Below are positions 1-9,513 of a stretch of DNA of 64,000 nucleotides, one piece after another. Position numbers and translations under genes: made by a program. This DNA comes from Candidatus Multivorans sp. (lineage in GTDB: Bacteria > Acidobacteriota > Thermoanaerobaculia > Multivoradales > Multivoraceae): assembly GCA_965203495.1 (NCBI GenBank), contig CBDBDB010000002.1, positions 3,115 to 67,114 of the forward strand, written 5' to 3'. Under the pieces are notes generated by a model. The model saw only the letters and a program-made list of their open reading frames with translations. It made no database searches and was not told the origin of the DNA. Within the stretch, counting starts at the first letter, position 1; the number at the start of each line of letters is the position of its first letter.

Positions 1-1572
1 CTCTCCGGGCTCGACACCGCGATCGTCCTCGTCTACCTGGCGGGGGTACTGGTCATCGGCGCCGGCTTCAGCCGCTACGTCAGGACCAGCGGCGACTACC
101 TGCTCGCCGGCCGCGCCCTGCCCTTCTGGGCGATCGGGATGTCGATCGTGGTCAGCGATATCGGCGCGACGGACTTCATCGCCGTCGCCGGCGGCACGTA
201 CCGCTACGGCCTCGCCCAGGCCAACTTCGACTGGCTCGGCTCGATGCCGGCCCTGTTGATCGCCGCCTTCCTCATCGTCCCGTTCTACTGGCGCAGCGGC
301 GTGTACACCGTGCCGGAGTTTCTGGGCCGCCGCTATGGCGACGGCGTGCGCAGCTTCCTGGCTCTTGCCTGGGGCGTCATCCTGGCGCTGAACCTCGGGA
401 TCATGATCCACGCCACCGCGCTCCTGATGCGCACGGTGCTCGGCTGGGATCCGCGGTTCTCCATCTGGGTCACCACGGCGATCGTCGGCATTTACACGAT
501 CAGCGGCGGCCTGGCGGCGGTCGTGATGACCGACGTCCTGCAGCTCATCGTCATGTTCGTTGGGGGCGCCGCCCTGGTCGCGCGCGCTCTCCACGAGGTC
601 GGCGGCCTGGGGGCGCTGCGGGACGGCATCCTCAACCAGGGCGCCCAGTACGCCGACCACTTCTCGCTCTACCTGCCCCACGACACGACGACTCCCTTCC
701 CCTGGACCGGCATCGTGCTGGGGCTCGGCATCGTGCTCTCCGTCGCCTACTACACGGGCAACCAGACGATGGTGCAGCGGGCCCTCGGAGCGCGCAGCGA
801 GTGGGACGCGAAGGCCGGCGTGCTGTTGGCGGGCTTCCTGAAGCTCTTCATCCCGCTGCTCGTCGCCCTGCCGGGACTCGCCGCGATCCTGATCGTACCC
901 GACCTTGCAAGCGCCGACGAAGCCGTGCCGAGCCTGATCGCCCGGTTGCTGCCGTCCGGCCTGCGCGGCCTCATGTTCGCCGCCTTCCTGGCGGCTCTGA
1001 TGTCGAGCGTCGACTCGAACCTGAACTCGGCAACGACCCTCTGGAGCCGCGATCTGCTCGGTCGATTGCGCCGACGCCTGGGCGGAGCGGAGTTCGGGAC
1101 CGCGGCGGAACTCCGTTTCGGCCGCATCCTATCGGCCATTCTGTTGCTGACGGCCGCGTTCATCGCGCCCGAGATCGAACAGCGCTTCAGCAACATCTAC
1201 AACGCGATCCAGACCGTCTTCTCGCTGATCCAGGGGCCGACTCTCGCCGTGCTCCTGCTCGGCATCCTCTGGAGGCGAGCGAACCGTTACGGCGGCGCGA
1301 CCGGTCTCGTCGCCGGCGTGGGCCTCTGTCTGCTGCTCAACAGTCCCGCCATGGACGGGTTGTTCCCGTCCGAGGAGCCGTTCCTGTTCGTCGCCTGGTG
1401 GTCCTTCGTGTTCACTCTGGGCGTGACCTGGCTCGTCAGCCGGTTGACGCCGGCCGAGCCGCCGGAACGGCTGCGCGGCCTGGTCTGGGGCGAAGTGCGG
1501 AACGACGAAGCGCTTCAGACCGCACTGCGCAGCCGGGTAGCCGGCCTCCGGCGCGACGGCGGCTCGCGATGA
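1..1572 (+). CDS. Sodium:solute symporter (SSS family), 5'-partial
   Basis: The frame is open from base 1 (LSGLDTAIVLVYLAG...DYLLAGRALPFWAIGMS). It has many TM helices and the SSS motifs YTISGGLAAVVMTD and LMSSVDSNLNS. Confidence 0.93.
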   Translation, partial: LSGLDTAIVLVYLAGVLVIGAGFSRYVRTSGDYLLAGRALPFWAIGMSIVVSDIGATDFIAVAGGTYRYGLAQANFDWLGSMPALLIAAFLIVPFYWRSGVYTVPEFLGRRYGDGVRSFLALAWGVILALNLGIMIHATALLMRTVLGWDPRFSIWVTTAIVGIYTISGGLAAVVMTDVLQLIVMFVGGAALVARALHEVGGLGALRDGILNQGAQYADHFSLYLPHDTTTPFPWTGIVLGLGIVLSVAYYTGNQTMVQRALGARSEWDAKAGVLLAGFLKLFIPLLVALPGLAAILIVPDLASADEAVPSLIARLLPSGLRGLMFAAFLAALMSSVDSNLNSATTLWSRDLLGRLRRRLGGAEFGTAAELRFGRILSAILLLTAAFIAPEIEQRFSNIYNAIQTVFSLIQGPTLAVLLLGILWRRANRYGGATGLVAGVGLCLLLNSPAMDGLFPSEEPFLFVAWWSFVFTLGVTWLVSRLTPAEPPERLRGLVWGEVRNDEALQTALRSRVAGLRRDGGSR

Positions 1573-1808
1573 GAACGATCCTCGAGTTCGTCCTCGGACC
1601 GATCAACGACGCAATGGGCGCCTTGCCGCCGTGGAGCGCCCGCGTCGCCGTGGCCTTGCTCCTCGTCCTGCCCGCGGCCGCCGTGTGGCGGCTCAGCCGC
1701 GACTGGGTGTTCAGCGGCGCGGCCGACCGCGCGAAATGGCGCGACCTCAGGCTCTGGGCGGCGCTGTTCGTCGTGCCCTACCTCGTGATCTACCTGCTGC
1801 TGGCCTGA
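1569..1808 (+). CDS. Small membrane protein (79 aa) coupled to the SSS gene
   Basis: ATGA overlap with the SSS stop. Two hydrophobic segments, ending WRDLRLWAALFVVPYLVIYLLLA. Confidence 0.75.
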   Translation: MRTILEFVLGPINDAMGALPPWSARVAVALLLVLPAAAVWRLSRDWVFSGAADRAKWRDLRLWAALFVVPYLVIYLLLA

Positions 1809-1828
1809 CCAACCGCCCCCGCGACGCA

Positions 1829-2047
1829 ATGACCTCCGACCACGCCAGCCGAGACCGCTCCACGGCCCGCATTCTGGGCATCTTCCTGGCGGCGCTGGCG
1901 ATCCCGGTTCTCGTGGGAGGTTTCTCGGCGGCGGAGACGATCGACCTCGCGCTCGGCGTGGCTGCCGGCGCCGCGCTGCTGCTGGCGGCAGCCATACTCA
2001 TGCTCTACGGCCGCCGCGGCCGCCCCGAACGGACGGAGAGACGCTGA
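1829..2047 (+). CDS. Small two-TM hypothetical protein (72 aa)
   Basis: ATG at 1829 (MTSDHASRDRSTARILGIFLAAL...), two hydrophobic helices, in operon position. Confidence 0.6.
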   Translation: MTSDHASRDRSTARILGIFLAALAIPVLVGGFSAAETIDLALGVAAGAALLLAAAILMLYGRRGRPERTERR

Positions 2048-2604
2048 ATCCGCCGCCGCGGCCGGCGCCGGCGATCACGCCAAGGATCGCCGGCGACGAA
2101 GCACGTCGACGCCTGGCGGGAGGCCGTCTGCGCCGACTCCGAGGCGGGCGGCCCGTCGCCTTCGAACTCCTGTACCTGCCGCACTGGCTCGCCGTCTACG
2201 AAACGCTGGAGACTGCCGCGGGACCACCCACGCCCGGCAGCGGCGCCAGGCCCGGCGACCGGCTCGCCGTACTCGTCTGCCGGCTCAGCGGGCAGGCCGC
2301 GCACATCCGACTGGACAGCCTCGACGTCGCGCCTGGATCAACAGCCCTTCCGCCCGCGCTCCAACCCGCCGAAGCCGAAGAGCGGGCCGCCGACTTCGCC
2401 GATCGCGTGTTGCTGATGGCGGCGCGCGGCAAGCGCCTCCGTGAACGCGGCAGGTTGCTTCGTTCCGAGCCGTGCGGTTACCCGTACTGGGTCGAGTACG
2501 TGGAGCGCGGCCGAAACGTCGACTTCCGCGCCCTCGACGCCGTCTCCGGCAAGCGCGCCGGCGCCGCCGTCCGCGCAGCGGTCGCCCGGGGAATCGCGGG
2601 CTAG
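2044..2604 (+). CDS. Hypothetical protein (about 186 aa), probable CTG start
   Basis: The frame of ORF 2407-2604 stays open back to a CTG overlapping the previous TGA. The translation is protein-like (FELLYLPHWLAVYE...GYPYWVEY...FRALDAVSG). Confidence 0.6.
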   Translation: MNPPPRPAPAITPRIAGDEARRRLAGGRLRRLRGGRPVAFELLYLPHWLAVYETLETAAGPPTPGSGARPGDRLAVLVCRLSGQAAHIRLDSLDVAPGSTALPPALQPAEAEERAADFADRVLLMAARGKRLRERGRLLRSEPCGYPYWVEYVERGRNVDFRALDAVSGKRAGAAVRAAVARGIAG

Positions 2605-2622
2605 CTAGACTTCGACCTGCAC

Positions 2623-4407
2623 ATGGGAAAGCACCCGCCAACTCCCGGCCACCAGCCGGTCCACGGCGAGATGACCTGGGACGAGTCGGTCGCCTGGCTG
2701 ACGGCCCCGGGCGCCGACTGGGAACTGGCGACGGAGACGGTCCGAGGCGTTGCCTACAGGGTCTTCAGGAACTTGCCGCCGACGCTCCGCCGGGTCTACG
2801 ACCAGGCGCGCGAGGACCACCGCGAGAAGGACTTTCTCGTGTTCCAGGACGCGCGCCTGACCTACAACGAAGCGGTCGAACGAGCAGCGGCGCTCGCTCA
2901 CCAGTTGGTCCACCGCTACGGAGTCAAGAAGGGCGACCGGGTCGCCATCGGCATGCGGAACTGCCCCGAGTGGGTCATCGCCTTCATGGCAGTCACGTCG
3001 TCCGGCGCCATCTCGGTTTCGCTGAACGGCTGGTGGTCGGGCGAAGAGCTGGAGTACGGCCTCAAGGACTCCGGCGCCAGGCTCGCCTTCTTCGACCAGG
3101 AGCGCTACGAGCGGGTCGCCGCCAGGCTGCCGGGCCTGGTCGTCAAGAGCATCGGCGTGCGCTGGAAGGAGGAGACGCCCGAGGGCGTGGACGATTTCGA
3201 GGACATCTGGCGCGAAGCCGTCGGTCAACCGATGCCCGACGTCGACCTGAACCCTGACGACGACGTGACGATCCTCTTCACGTCGGGTACCACCGGGTTC
3301 CCGAAGGGCGCCGTCTCCACCCACCGAGGCGTCCTCAGCGGCATCGGCAGCTGGGGCTTCTACAGCGCCCAGCGGATCGCCATGGGGCTGCTCGAGGAAC
3401 CGGAGGAAAACCCGGAGTTCCAGCCGTCGATCCTGATGCCCCTGCCGCTGTTCCACGTCAGCGGCAGTCACGCCGGCCTTCTCGCCTCCTTCGGCGTCGG
3501 CCGCAAGATCGTGATGATGTACAAGTGGGACCCGGAACTCGCCCTGGAGCTGATCGAGCGCGAACGGATCACCTCGTTCAACGGCGTCCCGACCATGACC
3601 TGGGAGATGCTGCAGTCGCCGTCGCTCGAGACCCGCGACCTGCGGAGTCTCATCGCCGTCTCCGGCGGCGGCGCGCCGATTCCCGGCGGCATGGTCGACC
3701 GCCTGCAGACCATGATGCCGGACAAGCACTGGTCCTTCGGCTGGGGAATGACGGAGACGAACGCCGGCGGCGCCGGCAACACGGATGAAGGCCTGGTCGA
3801 GAAGCCGGACAGTTGCGGCAGGCCCTGCCCGATCGTCGAGTTGAAGATCATCGATGACGACGGCGCCGAGCTGCCGCCGGGGGGGCGGGGCGAACTGGTC
3901 ATGAAGTCCTCGATGAACATCCGCGGCTACTGGAACCGGCCCGAGGTGACCGCCGAGACGATCCAGGACGGCTGGCTGCGCACCGGCGACATCGCCGAGA
4001 TCGACGAGGACGGCTTTCTCTACATCCGCGACCGCAAGAAGGACATGGTGCTGCGCGGCGGCGAGAACATCTACTGCGCCGAGGTCGAGCGCGTCGTCTA
4101 CCAGCATCCCGCCGTCTACGAGGCCGCCGCCTTCGGCGTCCCGGACGACCGGCTGGGCGAGGAACTCGCCGTCGTCGTGGTGCCCAGGGAGGGCGCCGAG
4201 CTCGACGCGGCCGGCGTCCGCGCCCACGTCGCCGAGCGCCTGGCCCGATTCAAGACGCCGCGCTACGTGTGGCTCCAGGACGAGCAGTTGCCACGCGGCG
4301 CCACCGAGAAGATCGACAAGCGCGCGCTGCGGGACCGGATGCTCAGGGAAGCCCCGGAATTCCGCCGACGCCGACCTGATCGGACGACCGAGGCGACCGG
4401 CAGATGA
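2623..4407 (+). CDS. Long-chain acyl-CoA ligase (ANL/AMP-binding family)
   Basis: Motifs ILFTSGTTGFPKG, WGMTET, GWLRTGD, DRKKDMVLRGGENIYCAEVE. Confidence 0.93.
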   Translation: MGKHPPTPGHQPVHGEMTWDESVAWLTAPGADWELATETVRGVAYRVFRNLPPTLRRVYDQAREDHREKDFLVFQDARLTYNEAVERAAALAHQLVHRYGVKKGDRVAIGMRNCPEWVIAFMAVTSSGAISVSLNGWWSGEELEYGLKDSGARLAFFDQERYERVAARLPGLVVKSIGVRWKEETPEGVDDFEDIWREAVGQPMPDVDLNPDDDVTILFTSGTTGFPKGAVSTHRGVLSGIGSWGFYSAQRIAMGLLEEPEENPEFQPSILMPLPLFHVSGSHAGLLASFGVGRKIVMMYKWDPELALELIERERITSFNGVPTMTWEMLQSPSLETRDLRSLIAVSGGGAPIPGGMVDRLQTMMPDKHWSFGWGMTETNAGGAGNTDEGLVEKPDSCGRPCPIVELKIIDDDGAELPPGGRGELVMKSSMNIRGYWNRPEVTAETIQDGWLRTGDIAEIDEDGFLYIRDRKKDMVLRGGENIYCAEVERVVYQHPAVYEAAAFGVPDDRLGEELAVVVVPREGAELDAAGVRAHVAERLARFKTPRYVWLQDEQLPRGATEKIDKRALRDRMLREAPEFRRRRPDRTTEATGR

Positions 4408-4901
4408 CCGACGACGAGGTCCGGATCGAACCCGGCGACCCCGCCGACGCCGCCTTCGCGCGCCTCCACGAAGCGCTCGACCGCGAACTCGGCGCGCTCT
4501 ATCCCGCAGACAGCATCCACGGCGTCGCGCCGGACAAGCTGGACGCCCCCGGCTGCTGCCTGCTCATTGGACGCAACGCCGGCGGCGAAGCCGTCGCCTG
4601 CGGCGCGCTGCGCCGCCTGAGCGCCGAACAGGCCGAGATCAAGCGGATGTACGTGGTCCCGGCGTACCGCGGGCGGGCCCTCGGACGACGCATCCTGGAG
4701 GAACTCGAGGCCCGCGCGGCGGCGTTCGGCTACCAGTCGCTGCGGCTCGAGACCGGCGAACACCAGCCAGCGGCGATCGGTCTCTACCGCTCTTGCGGGT
4801 ACGTCCGGATCCCCTGCTACAACGAGTACGCCTATGACCCGCACAGCCTCTGCTTCGAGAAGAAGCTGGCGAACGCACTGCCGCCGCGAGAATCCGTCTG
4901 A
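4404..4901 (+). CDS. GNAT family N-acetyltransferase
   Basis: EIKRMYVVPAYRGRALGRRIL acetyl-CoA-binding motif and LETGEHQPAAIGLY. ATGA coupling to the ligase. Confidence 0.92.
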   Translation: MTDDEVRIEPGDPADAAFARLHEALDRELGALYPADSIHGVAPDKLDAPGCCLLIGRNAGGEAVACGALRRLSAEQAEIKRMYVVPAYRGRALGRRILEELEARAAAFGYQSLRLETGEHQPAAIGLYRSCGYVRIPCYNEYAYDPHSLCFEKKLANALPPRESV

Positions 4902-4965
4902 GTCCGTAGACGCCCGAAGACTGGCCCGAGCCCGGATTGGTCCGTCGCCCACGGAGACCCAGACG

Positions 4966-5685
4966 ATGCAGAGCACTGTAGTAAAGTCGCCTTCGCTCAG
5001 GACGAAGCGCAAGCGCGAGGACACCGGACTCGATGAACGGCAAGCGAAGGCGGCAACGGAAGTGACCGAGGTCGAGCAACCGCCCACCTCGCTTGAGCGG
5101 GATGTCGACGACCTGAAACGGGATGTGGCCGCCCTGAAGCGGACGGTGGTCACGAACGAGCGCTTCGAGAGCTTTCGGGCCGAACTGACGGCTCGGCTCG
5201 AAGCCACCGAGGAGCGCGTGAAGGCGGAGATCGTCGAGCTTCGAGCGGAGACTTGCGGCGAGTTCAAGGCCGTCCGGCACGAGATGTCCGAGCTGCACAC
5301 GGAGACGCACGGCGAATTCAAGGCCATCCGGCACGAGATGTCCGAGCTGCGCACGGAGACCCGCGGCGAGTTCAAGGCCGTCCGGCACGAGATGTCCGAG
5401 CTGCGCACGGAGACCCGCGGCGAGTTCAAGGCCGTCCGGCACGAGATGTCCGAGCTGCGCACGGAGACCCGCGGCGAGTTCAAGGCTGTCCGGCACGAGA
5501 TGTCCGAGCTGCGCACGGAACTCGGCGGCAACATGGAAGGTCTGAGACGCGAAACCGCGGCGAGGTTCGAAAGCCTGGACAGCCGGCTGAAGCTCGTCGT
5601 CGGCCTCCTCTGCGCCGGCCTGACTCTCTACACCGGCACGACCGTCTCGCTGATGATCCTCCTGTTCCGCAACACGATAAGCTGA
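4966..5685 (+). CDS. DUF1640/CCDC90-like coiled-coil protein with C-terminal membrane anchor and tandem repeats
   Basis: ATG at 4966 after GGAG. Short head (GLDERQAKA), long coiled coil with 18-aa repeats, terminal hydrophobic helix. Confidence 0.65.
   Translation: MQSTVVKSPSLRTKRKREDTGLDERQAKAATEVTEVEQPPTSLERDVDDLKRDVAALKRTVVTNERFESFRAELTARLEATEERVKAEIVELRAETCGEFKAVRHEMSELHTETHGEFKAIRHEMSELRTETRGEFKAVRHEMSELRTETRGEFKAVRHEMSELRTETRGEFKAVRHEMSELRTELGGNMEGLRRETAARFESLDSRLKLVVGLLCAGLTLYTGTTVSLMILLFRNTIS
5257..5520 (+). repeat. In-frame 54-bp tandem repeat, about 5 copies (GEFKAVRHEMSELRTETR)
   Basis: Unit ggcgagttcaaggccgtccggcacgagatgtccgagctgcgcacggagacccgc starts at 5257, 5311, 5365, 5419 and 5473. 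There are no spacers. Confidence 0.95.
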
Positions 5686-5788
5686 CGGGCTTCCACCGTT
5701 CCCGCTACCACGGCGGCCGCTTGACTCGGATACGCATCCGCGACCGCAACGGGACATCGATGAAACATGCGGGCTAGTATCCGGCACG

Positions 5789-6505
5789 GTGACCGGCCAC
5801 CCGACCGATTCCATGCAACGCCCGCCGACCCATCGTAGCGGCCGCGTGGGAACGTCCGGGCCGGATGGGAACGGAGGGGCCAGCCATCGACCCGCGACGA
5901 TCGGCCGGCGCCGCGCTCTTCAGGCGCTCGGCGGGGCCGCCGGACTGCCGTTCCTGCCGACGGAACTGTTCGCCGATCCACGCGTCGCGCATCCGCGCCT
6001 GCACCGGCGGCAGGCAATCGGCGACGAACGCGACGCACTTGCCGTGCTCACGGAACATCAGGCGCGCGCTCTCGACGCCATCGCCGAACGCATCCTGCCG
6101 CCGACCGACACTCCCGGCGCCGGAGACGCCGGGATCCCGGCCTTTGTCGACCGCCTGCTGGAAAGCTGGTTGCCGGAAGCGGCGCGGGATCGGCTGCTCG
6201 CCGAACTCGACCGGTTCGATGCCCGTGCCCGCGAGCGCCACCCCGAGGCCGCCGGATTCGTCGACCTCGAAGGTCCGGTTCAGGACGACCTCCTGACCGA
6301 GGCGCAGGAGGAGGCTCTGGCCGAACGCGGCGACCGCGCCTTCTCGCGCAACCCGAACCGGCTCCACGAGCAGCCCTTCTTCGACCTGGTCAAGTGGCTT
6401 GTCCTGTTCGGCTACTACACCTCCGAAGCGGGCATGAAGTCCGAACTCGGCTACCGCATCGTTCCCGGACGCTGGGATCCCTGCGTCGATATCGAGGGCG
6501 CCTGA
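5789..6505 (+). CDS. Gluconate 2-dehydrogenase subunit 3 family protein (start uncertain)
   Basis: Tat-like RRRALQ, ILPPTDTPGAGDAGIPAFVD, FFDLVKWLVLFGYYTSEAG. Lies directly upstream of a GMC flavoprotein. Confidence 0.88.
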   Translation: MTGHPTDSMQRPPTHRSGRVGTSGPDGNGGASHRPATIGRRRALQALGGAAGLPFLPTELFADPRVAHPRLHRRQAIGDERDALAVLTEHQARALDAIAERILPPTDTPGAGDAGIPAFVDRLLESWLPEAARDRLLAELDRFDARARERHPEAAGFVDLEGPVQDDLLTEAQEEALAERGDRAFSRNPNRLHEQPFFDLVKWLVLFGYYTSEAGMKSELGYRIVPGRWDPCVDIEGA

Positions 6506-6521
6506 AACGGCGACGCCCATC

Positions 6522-8240
6522 GTGCAGATCATCGAGCGCAAGATCTGGGACGCGATCGTCGTCGGTTCCGGCATCACCGGCGGCTGGGCGGCGAAGGAAC
6601 TGACCGAGAGGGGCCTGGAGACGCTGGTGCTCGAAGCCGGACCGCCGGTCGTTCCCGAGCGAGACTACAGCGAACACGTTCCGCCCTGGCAGATGCCGTA
6701 CCGGGGCCTGCGGGACCGCCGGCGCCAGGCCGAGCGCCAGCCGATCCAGAGCCGCGCCGCCGCCTGCGACGAGTGGTCGGGGAAGTTCTTCGTCGACGAC
6801 ATCGACAACCCCTACTCGATCGGCGAGGGCGGCCAGGAGTTCCTGTGGATCCGCGCCCGTCTGCTCGGCGGACGGTCCCTGCTGTGGGGACGCCAGAGCT
6901 ACCGGTGGAGCGACCTGGACTTCGGCGCCAACGCCCGCGACGGTCACGGCACGGACTGGCCGATCCGCTACCGGGATCTCGCGCCGTGGTACGACCACGT
7001 GGAGTCCTTCGTCGGCATCGCCGGCCAGCCGGAGAACATGCCGCAGCTCCCGGACGGGAAGTTCCTGCCGCCGATCGCCCAGAACTGCATGGAGGAGAGG
7101 GTCCGCGCGGGTCTCGACCGCGCCTTCGGCGGCACGCGCCGGTTCACGCCGGCCCGGGTCGCCGTGCTCACCAGACACCACCTCGGCCGCCGCGCTTGCC
7201 ATTACTGCGGCATCTGCCGTCGCGGCTGCATCAGCCGGTCCTACTTTTCCAGCCTGAACGCGACGCTGCCGGCGGCCGAGGCGACCGGTCGGCTGACCGT
7301 GCGTCCGAACAGCGTCGTCCGCAGCCTGGTCTACGACGAGCGAACGGACCGGGCAAGCGGCGTCCGCCTGATCGACGCCGACACGATGGAGTCGATCGAG
7401 GAGCGCGGCCGTATCGTCTTCCTCTGCGCGTCGGCGATCGAGTCGGCGCGCATCCTGCTGAACTCCGCCACGCCACGCTTCGCGGAGGGACTCGCGAACT
7501 CGAGCGGACAGGTCGGCCGCAACCTGATGGACCACATCTTCCAGGTCGGCGCGAACGGGAACCTGGACGGCCTGGAAGACAAGACGACCTTCGGCAGGCG
7601 ACCCAACTCCTGCTACCTGCCCCGCTTCGTCAACCTGGACGGCGACGGCGCCGAGGCCACCCGCGAGAAGGACTTCCTGCGCGGCTTCGGCTACCAGTGC
7701 GGCGCAGGCCGCGGCGCCTCGTGGCAGCGCGGCATCGGCCAGCCCGGCTTCGGCGCCGACTACAAGGCGAGCCTGCGCGGGCTCGGGCCCTGGCGGCTCA
7801 ACTTCAGCGGCTTCGGCGAGAACCTGCCGAACCCGGACAACCGCGTGACGATCGATCCGGAGCTCGAGGACCGCTGGGGCATCCCCGCGGCCCGGATCAC
7901 GATGCGCTTCGGCGAGAACGAGGAGGCGATGCGCGCCGGCATCCAGACCCGCGCCGCCGAGATGCTGGAAGCGCTCGGCGCGAAGAACATCCGCACCTTC
8001 AACCGGAACTCCCCGCCAGGGTTCGCGATCCACGAGATGGGCACGGCGCGGATGGGCAGGGATCCCGCGACATCCGTCCTCAACGGCTGGTGCCAGTCCT
8101 GGGACGTGCCGAACCTGTTCATCACGGACGGCGCCGCGATGGCGTCCTCCGCCTGCCAGAACCCGAGCCTGACCTACATGGCGCTCACGGCGCGCGCCTG
8201 CGACCACGCCGTACGTCAGATGCGGCGGCTGGAGCTGTGA
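6522..8240 (+). CDS. GMC family oxidoreductase (glycoside 3-dehydrogenase/gluconate dehydrogenase flavoprotein-like)
   Basis: FAD motif AIVVGSGITGGWAAKEL, GGRSLLWGR, GRNLMDH, HEMGTARMG, NPSLTYMAL. Confidence 0.92.
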   Translation: MQIIERKIWDAIVVGSGITGGWAAKELTERGLETLVLEAGPPVVPERDYSEHVPPWQMPYRGLRDRRRQAERQPIQSRAAACDEWSGKFFVDDIDNPYSIGEGGQEFLWIRARLLGGRSLLWGRQSYRWSDLDFGANARDGHGTDWPIRYRDLAPWYDHVESFVGIAGQPENMPQLPDGKFLPPIAQNCMEERVRAGLDRAFGGTRRFTPARVAVLTRHHLGRRACHYCGICRRGCISRSYFSSLNATLPAAEATGRLTVRPNSVVRSLVYDERTDRASGVRLIDADTMESIEERGRIVFLCASAIESARILLNSATPRFAEGLANSSGQVGRNLMDHIFQVGANGNLDGLEDKTTFGRRPNSCYLPRFVNLDGDGAEATREKDFLRGFGYQCGAGRGASWQRGIGQPGFGADYKASLRGLGPWRLNFSGFGENLPNPDNRVTIDPELEDRWGIPAARITMRFGENEEAMRAGIQTRAAEMLEALGAKNIRTFNRNSPPGFAIHEMGTARMGRDPATSVLNGWCQSWDVPNLFITDGAAMASSACQNPSLTYMALTARACDHAVRQMRRLEL

Positions 8241-8323
8241 TCTCCGTTCGCGGAAAGGGCCGACGCATCCGGCGGCGCAGGCTCTATGATTCCGGACAAC
8301 CGTAACGGAGAGGAGCAACTCCC

Positions 8324-9427
8324 ATGCGCCCGACCCACCGACTCGCAACGACCTGCCTCGCCGTTGCCGCCCTGCCCTTTGGCCTCGCCGCCTGCGAAGG
8401 AGGCGCCGACGGCGGCGGCGACCTCGAAGCGGCGGACGGCGCCGTCATCGATACCGGCGCCCACACCTTCGAGGAAGTCGCGCCCGGCGTCTACTTCATC
8501 GTCGGTACGGGTTCCATCTTCGTGCAGAGCAACGCGATGCTGGTGGTTACGGACGAGGACGCGCTGGTCGTCGACTCCCACGTCACGCCGGCCGCGGCGC
8601 GGGCCCTGCTCGCCTCGATCGCCGACATCACGGACAAGCCGGTCACGCACCTTGTCAACACGCACTACCACTTCGACCACGCCCATGGGAACCAGGCGTT
8701 CCCCGACGAGGTCGCGATCGTCGGCCACGAGTTCACTCGCACGATGCTGATGACGGACGTGATGAGCCAGCCGACCGCCGCGATCTTCACCGGGAACATC
8801 CCGAACCAGATCGCCGCGATGAAGGAGACGGCGGACACGATGGAGGACGGCGAAGACAAGGAAACGCTGATGGAGCAGATCGCGGTCCAGGAGGCGCACT
8901 ACGTTGCGGTCGACGAGACGGCGCCGACGCCGCCCGACGTCACCCTGACGAGCCGCATGACGATCCACCGCACCTTCGAGGGCCAGCACCGGCCGATCGA
9001 GCTCCTCCACCTCGGCCGCGGCCATACCGGCGGCGACGTCGTCGTCCTGCTGCCGAACGAACGGGTCGTCTTCACCGGCGACCTGGTCCTGGCCGGCGCC
9101 GCCTACATCGGCGATGCCTACGTCGACGAGTGGCTCGACACCCTGGACCGCTTCGAGGAGCTCGAGTTCGACCTCATCCTTCCCGGCCACGGCCCGACCT
9201 TCAGCGACATGGCCCAGGTCGACGCCCTCAGACAGTTCCTGTCCGACTTCTGGAATCAGGCGTCCGCCGCCCGGGAACAGGGTCTGAGCCCCGAGGAAGC
9301 GATCGCCGAGATCGAGTGGCAGGGGTTCCTGGCCGCCGCGCCGGACGCCCTGAAGATTCACTGCGTCCAGACGGCGTACAGCAGGATGGACGGCGACGGA
9401 ACACCCGAAGACACCGGTTCGGCATGA
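8324..9427 (+). CDS. Metallo-beta-lactamase-fold hydrolase (cyclase-like), lipoprotein
   Basis: THYHFDHAHGN (HxHxDH), GHTGGD, VVFTGD, ILPGHG. Lipobox LAAC. Confidence 0.88.
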   Translation: MRPTHRLATTCLAVAALPFGLAACEGGADGGGDLEAADGAVIDTGAHTFEEVAPGVYFIVGTGSIFVQSNAMLVVTDEDALVVDSHVTPAAARALLASIADITDKPVTHLVNTHYHFDHAHGNQAFPDEVAIVGHEFTRTMLMTDVMSQPTAAIFTGNIPNQIAAMKETADTMEDGEDKETLMEQIAVQEAHYVAVDETAPTPPDVTLTSRMTIHRTFEGQHRPIELLHLGRGHTGGDVVVLLPNERVVFTGDLVLAGAAYIGDAYVDEWLDTLDRFEELEFDLILPGHGPTFSDMAQVDALRQFLSDFWNQASAAREQGLSPEEAIAEIEWQGFLAAAPDALKIHCVQTAYSRMDGDGTPEDTGSA

Positions 9428-9513
9428 GGCAAGGGGACTCGGAGAAGACGTGCCGATTTCGCCAAGTGCCTCATTCTGTGGTATTTAAAACGAAACCTAG
9501 TTAGCATCCCGGC

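Noticed and set aside
5257-5520. 54-bp repeat array as CRISPR
   Set aside because: The units are contiguous with no unique spacers, are in frame within a protein, and no cas genes are present.
9424-9474. ATGAGGCA/TGCCTCAT inverted repeat after the MBL gene
   Set aside because: An 8-bp stem with a 35-nt loop and no U-tract is too weak to call a terminator or operator.
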